NCBI GenBank assembly: GCA_050173015.1
Contig: JBFXLE010000014.1
Span: 1-64,000, forward strand
DNA from: Calditrichaceae bacterium
Lineage (GTDB): Bacteria > Calditrichota > Calditrichia > Calditrichales > JBFXGD01
Reading direction: 5' to 3'
DNA: 64,000 bases
Positions within the stretch are counted from its first letter, which is position 1. Each line of letters opens with the position of its first letter. Shown piece by piece: positions 59,791-64,000 of the stretch. Below the pieces are notes generated by a model, which had not been told where the DNA came from, did not search any database, and worked only from the letters and a program-made list of their open reading frames with translations. Made by a program: the position numbers and the translations under genes.

Positions 59791-60521
59791 ATCCATCCCA
59801 CGCCTCATCCCTGAAACAGCAGGAAATGGAGAAGAAATTGGGGAATGAGATATTTTGAACAAATCAAATTCCCTTCCCTTTTGCGTAAGGGAAGGGTTAG
59901 GGATGGGTAAGTCCAATCACCAAAACGAGTGCCCTTGCTGGTGGATGCAAATTGCTCTTTGCTACGAAATTATGTAAATGCTCAAGTTTCTGACCCATCC
60001 CCCGCCCCCTTCCCTGAAACAGCAGGGAAGGGGAGAAGAAATCGGGGAATGAGATATTTTGAACAAATCAAATTCCCTTCCCTTTTGCGTAAGGGAAGGG
60101 TTAGGGATTGGTAAGTCCAATCACCAAAACGAGTGCCCTTGCTGGTGGATGCAAATTGCTCTTTGCTACGAAATTATGTAAATGCTCAAGTTTCTGACCC
60201 ATCCCACACCTCATCCCTGAAACAGCAGGAAATGGAGAAGAAATCGGATAATGAGATAATTTGAACAAATCAAATTCCCTTCCCTTTTGCGTAAGGGAAG
60301 GGTTAGGGATGGGTAAGTCCAATCACCAAAACGAGTGCCCTTGCTGGTGGATGCAAATTGCTCTTTGCTACGAAATTATGTAAATGCTCAAGTTTCTGGC
60401 CCATTCCCCGCCCCCTTCCCTGAAACAGCAGGGAAGGGGAGAAGAAATCGGATAATGAGATAATTTGAACAAATCAAATTCCCTTCCCTTTTGCGTAAGG
60501 GAAGGGTTAGGGATGGGTAAG
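59791..60521. repeat. Tandem array of four ~120 bp palindromic REP/MITE-like elements separated by three identical 84 bp spacers
   Basis: Period 204/202/204 bp measured at GAACAAATCAAATTCCC (59857, 60061, 60263, 60467). Element ends ACCCATCCC...GGGATGGGT. Internal hairpins CCCCTTCCCTG/CAGGGAAGGGG and CCCTTCCCTT/AAGGGAAGGG. Confidence 0.95.
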
Positions 60522-60536
60522 AAAACTAAAAAAAAC

Positions 60537-61709
60537 TCAATAAATGGTAATCAAAAATGCAATGACGGAAAGGATCAGACCGTACATAAATATCACATAG
60601 GCGATTCTTAAATATTTATACTTTTTGTTTAAAACCAGCCCTAAGTAGTAAATATCCCGGATCAGATTGTCATACAAATATTCACCGTCTTCCATCAGCC
60701 GCTTCATGCTCCATTGATAATCATCAACAGACATTCCTTTAAAATTCCCGAAGAACAGAAGATTCCCCTTTTTTTTCTCAACATCTTCACGGGTAAGAGT
60801 GCTGCTTGTAACTGACGGCTTTGTTGATAATGTAGCGAAGACAATGGTCAGGACACATGTAACAAGCAAAATGCTGGCGGGTATATTCACCTGGGCTGAG
60901 ACATCAATTTTTCCTATCAGAAAAGAGATAACAATGGAAATGATCAAAGCGCTGATACTGATAAGTGTATTCGCTTTGCTGTCAGCTATGGCGCTCAGAT
61001 TGATGTGATTTCTGGATGTAGTCCTGAATACGGTCTCGATACCGCGCTGGGAAGATTGGGATTCACTTTTATCTTTTCTTGCCTTCTTGTTTTTTGAAAT
61101 GGAAAGAGGCTTTGTTTCGGATTCTTCACTTCCGGTTACAAATTTGCTGAGATTTTTAAGTTTTCGTCCCGAATACTCCCGGTTCGCGTACTCTGTGTAA
61201 AATTTGACAGAGGCGTAAAAATCACGGGTAAGTTTTTCCCACTCGGAATCAGAATATTTCTTACCCAAAATAATTTCCCATTCTTTCCGGAGAGCCCGGG
61301 TTTTTTTCGATGCGCCCTTTCTGCCGATGTGCAGGATATCCGCATCCCGCATTATTTCTTCCAGCTTATTGGCAGGTTTCCGGTCAAACTTTGTCGCCCT
61401 GATTAATGATGATATCCTATTTATCTTTTCATCCGGATATTTCTGCTTTTCGAGAAATTCCGCGGCGTATTTCACACTTATTTCTTCATGCCCCTCATAG
61501 GTATCGATATATCCCGTGTCATGAAACCAGGCCGCGATTGTCAGAGCTTCAAGATCGGAATCACTCACATCACTACTTTCAGCAATTTCGCGAATATTTT
61601 CAACAACCTGCATAGTGTGATCGGGATTATGAAATTTAAACCCCGGGTTTAATTCGTTTTTCAATAATTCTGTTACATAATCCGAGACCTGATTTATGAT
61701 CTTATTCAT
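60537..61709 (-). CDS. HD-domain phosphohydrolase fused to a Pycsar-effector-like TM domain (DUF5706/PycTM)
   Basis: FHN.DHT, AAWFHDTGY, GHEE.S, DADILH; then RGIETVFRTTSRNHINLSAIADSKANTLISIS, TM helices, NLLFFGNF, DIYYLG.VL.KKYKYLR.AY. Confidence 0.82.
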   Translation of the reverse strand: MNKIINQVSDYVTELLKNELNPGFKFHNPDHTMQVVENIREIAESSDVSDSDLEALTIAAWFHDTGYIDTYEGHEEISVKYAAEFLEKQKYPDEKINRISSLIRATKFDRKPANKLEEIMRDADILHIGRKGASKKTRALRKEWEIILGKKYSDSEWEKLTRDFYASVKFYTEYANREYSGRKLKNLSKFVTGSEESETKPLSISKNKKARKDKSESQSSQRGIETVFRTTSRNHINLSAIADSKANTLISISALIISIVISFLIGKIDVSAQVNIPASILLVTCVLTIVFATLSTKPSVTSSTLTREDVEKKKGNLLFFGNFKGMSVDDYQWSMKRLMEDGEYLYDNLIRDIYYLGLVLNKKYKYLRIAYVIFMYGLILSVIAFLITIY

Positions 61710-61875
61710 AATGTTTCTTCCGCGTTACGTGGTAAGACATAGCTTGAGTTAAGTTCAAAAAGGGTATTTGTTGTTGAATTATAACTTCAATCTAAATATA
61801 AAGCAAGAATTCATGTAAATTAATCCATATTTCTAACTCATCCTTATAATCCGCGGAGATCTACCAGAGATCATC

Positions 61876-61918
61876 AAATTTTAAGCAAATTTTAAGAGAT
61901 TACTTAAAAGAATTTAAG
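61876..61918 (+). promoter_or_regulatory. 11-bp-phased direct repeats, candidate OmpR/PhoB-family binding site
   Basis: AAATTTTAAG at 61876 and 61887, further TTAA(A/G) copies at 61904 and 61914, TATTAT at 61929, upstream of the DUF2231-RR-HK genes. Confidence 0.5.
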
Positions 61919-61957
61919 ATTGGCGCGCTATTATTGATATAAAAAAAGGAGGTTATA

Positions 61958-62500
61958 ATGTTTGATTTCAGTCATCTTCATCCAATGATTGTCCATTTTC
62001 CGATTGCCTTACTGATTGTAGGGTTGTTTTCAGATCTGACCGGTGTAATAACTAAAAAGAATTTTTTTAGCAATGCAGGATTTTATTTATTAATATTAGG
62101 CTATATAGGATTAATAGCGGCATTTTTATCAGGAAATTCGGCGGGGGAAGGTGTCGCGGAAACCGGAACCCTGAAACAGGCTCTCGAAATGCATGAAGAA
62201 GCCGCTGAATTATCTGTGTGGATAATGAGCGCGGCTGCCGCAATAAGGATCGCGGTCGTCCTAATGAAAAAATATTCCGGTGTATATAAATGGATCGCAG
62301 TTATATTGTTTTTAATCGGCGCGGCCTCCGTTGCGAGAACTGGATATTACGGAGGAGAACTCGTATATAAACACGCAGCCGGGGTAACAATAAATCTGGG
62401 TTTTGATTTCATGCAGGAAAATGCGGATTCAGAAATCTCAACGCCGCTTCCAGCCGAATCTGCAGGAAATAAACCGGAGAATGACAGGGATGATGATTAA
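61958..62500 (+). CDS. DUF2231 family membrane protein
   Basis: HLHPMIVHFPIALL, SG..A, HEE.A, TGYYGGELVYKHAAGV. AAGGAGG RBS. Confidence 0.85.
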   Translation: MFDFSHLHPMIVHFPIALLIVGLFSDLTGVITKKNFFSNAGFYLLILGYIGLIAAFLSGNSAGEGVAETGTLKQALEMHEEAAELSVWIMSAAAAIRIAVVLMKKYSGVYKWIAVILFLIGAASVARTGYYGGELVYKHAAGVTINLGFDFMQENADSEISTPLPAESAGNKPENDRDDD

Positions 62501-62513
62501 TTAAAGGATCAGC

Positions 62514-63179
62514 ATGCGCATTCTGATTGTAGAAGATGAAAAAGGGATCGCGAATTTTATAAGAGACGGGTTAGAAGAAGAAAATTTCGCCGTCGATGTC
62601 GCTTCCGACGGTGTCACCGGCCTCGAAATGTCATTGATCAACGAATATGACGTTATTTTACTGGACTGGATGATACCGGGTATTAGTGGCATCGAAGTTT
62701 GTCGAAGGATCAGGAAAAACAACAACACAACCCCTCTGATTTTTCTGACAGCAAAGGATACCGTGCAGGATACCATATTTGGTCTGAATGCCGGAGCAAA
62801 TGATTATATCAAAAAGCCGTTTGATTTTGAAGAGCTTTTGGCCAGAATTCGTGTTCAGTTGAGATCCGCCGGAGACGAAAATGTTCTACTCACACTCGGC
62901 GATATTGAGATGAATCTTGAAACACATCAGGTGACGCGTGATAAACAGGAGATATCTCTTACACAAAAAGAATTCGCGTTATTGGAATTTCTAATCAGAA
63001 ACAAAAACAAAGTGTGCAGCCGTACGCGTATCATGGAGCATGTCTGGGATATTCATTTTGAATCGGATACATCCGTAATCGATGTATATATCAATTTTCT
63101 CCGAAAAAAACTAAACCAGAGTGATGATAAAGATCTTATTCAGACGATCAGGGGAGTTGGCTACATCGCCAGAGATTAA
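62514..63179 (+). CDS. OmpR-family response regulator
   Basis: MRILIVEDE, LLDWMIPG, FLTAKD, GANDYIKKPF, LTQKEFALLE, VIDVYINFLRKK, TIRGVGY. Confidence 0.93.
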   Translation: MRILIVEDEKGIANFIRDGLEEENFAVDVASDGVTGLEMSLINEYDVILLDWMIPGISGIEVCRRIRKNNNTTPLIFLTAKDTVQDTIFGLNAGANDYIKKPFDFEELLARIRVQLRSAGDENVLLTLGDIEMNLETHQVTRDKQEISLTQKEFALLEFLIRNKNKVCSRTRIMEHVWDIHFESDTSVIDVYINFLRKKLNQSDDKDLIQTIRGVGYIARD

Positions 63180-63181
63180 TC

Positions 63182-64000
63182 ATGAATCTGAATCTGAAAA
63201 ACCGAATTGCTTTTTATTTCATAACCGCGACGGGCACTCTCACCTTTTTACTTTTTCTGGGTATATACTTTGTTGTTTACAACACGGTGTACACTCATCT
63301 CGACGATGATCTTGAACTTGAGGCGGGTGAAGTTTACAAAAGTACGGTGGTACTCGACGGTGAGTTTATCTTTGCCAACCCTTTTGAGTGGGAAGAAAGG
63401 GAACATCTGCAGATAGAAGTCAATCCCACTTTTATAGAAGTTGTGGATACCTCCGGTCGGTCATTGAAAAAATCGGGAAATCTATACGACGGTTCTCTGC
63501 CGTTCGATCCACTCATCAGGGAGCAAATATTTTTTAATACTTCTCTTAACGGAGATTTAATCCGGATGACCCAGATTCCAATCAGTAATCCGCACGGTTT
63601 AATTCTTGGGCATCTTTTAATCGGTGTTCCGTTGGAAGATTCACAATTAGTATTAACCAATCTAAGAACCGTTCTTGTAGCGGGATTTCCGATTGTCCTT
63701 ATTTTGTTGTTTTATCTCACCCGGTTTATTGCCGGAAAGATTATCGCGCCGTTAAACGAGGTGATATCAACCGCGGAAATAATTACCAGGGAGAACCTGG
63801 AACAACGCATCGATCTTCCACGCCATAAAGATGAATTATACACTTTGGCAACAACCATAAATGGTCTGTTGGGACGTCTCACAGACGCGCTGGAAAGGGA
63901 AAAACAGTTTACGGCAAATGCGTCTCATGAACTTCGTACGCCTCTGGCGGTGATTAAGGGAACCCTGGAGGTGCTGGTTCGAAAGCCCAGAAAATCAGAG
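63182..64000 (+). CDS. Sensor histidine kinase (TM-periplasmic-TM-HAMP-HisKA), 3'-truncated by window edge
   Basis: Not in the ORF track because it has no stop in the window. ATG 63182 gives MNLNLKNRIAFYF..., a HAMP segment (DELYTLATTINGLL.RL) and the H-box EREKQFTANASHELRTPLAVIKG in the same frame. Confidence 0.9.
   Translation, partial: MNLNLKNRIAFYFITATGTLTFLLFLGIYFVVYNTVYTHLDDDLELEAGEVYKSTVVLDGEFIFANPFEWEEREHLQIEVNPTFIEVVDTSGRSLKKSGNLYDGSLPFDPLIREQIFFNTSLNGDLIRMTQIPISNPHGLILGHLLIGVPLEDSQLVLTNLRTVLVAGFPIVLILLFYLTRFIAGKIIAPLNEVISTAEIITRENLEQRIDLPRHKDELYTLATTINGLLGRLTDALEREKQFTANASHELRTPLAVIKGTLEVLVRKPRKSE

Noticed and set aside
59929-60322. ORFs 59929-60114 (+) and 60101-60322 (-) inside the repeat
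   Set aside because: Periods of 202 bp and the 406-bp dimer are not multiples of three, there is no RBS, and the ORFs are by-products of the repeat.
59791-60521. CRISPR array
   Set aside because: Spacers are identical (84 bp), the repeat is ~120 bp, and no cas genes are present.
52911-61709. Canonical two-gene Pycsar operon
   Set aside because: The cyclase and PycTM-like gene are ~6.6 kb apart on opposite strands, and the cyclase is membrane-anchored. Kept only as a hypothesis in findings.
94-63660. Numerous 60-190 aa antisense or alternate-frame ORFs in the track (e.g. 16108-16590, 26568-27071, 45727-46302, 63334-63660)
   Set aside because: They lie within well-supported genes and have no family motifs; treated as shadow ORFs.

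Overview
Bacterial chromosomal window, densely coding. No rRNA, tRNA, CRISPR array or transposase was recognised. Left to right it holds: (1) the tail of a bacterial-microcompartment ethanolamine locus (PduS-like, PduT-like, a lipoprotein, eutH); (2) an archaeal-type HMG-CoA synthase / thiolase / DUF35 trio; (3) an unusually long GlmS; (4) a Tat-exported PaoABC-like molybdoenzyme; (5) a ~21 kb anaerobic purine/urate-degradation cluster (ssnA-like, ygfK, ygeY, ygeW-like, mocA-like, xdhC, two more XDH-family complexes) where hyuA and dpaL/ygeX are not seen and an allantoinase-like enzyme plus two fold-type II PLP enzymes appear instead; (6) a TPR protein and an alpha/beta hydrolase; (7) a trypsin-like protease, a free-standing copy of its own N-terminal domain, and a peptidoglycan amidase; (8) a three-gene signalling cassette and a MacAB-like ABC exporter; (9) a phosphate/nucleotide-signalling-like neighbourhood (PAP2, class III cyclase with an atypical specificity residue, ppk1, SdiA-regulated propeller, Omp85 fusion, HD-PycTM/DUF5706) containing a four-copy palindromic 202-204 bp tandem repeat; (10) DUF2231 and an OmpR-family two-component system running off the right edge. 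The best candidates for undescribed biology are (7), (9) and the enzyme substitutions in (5). All calls are from motif recognition by eye; no searches were run.
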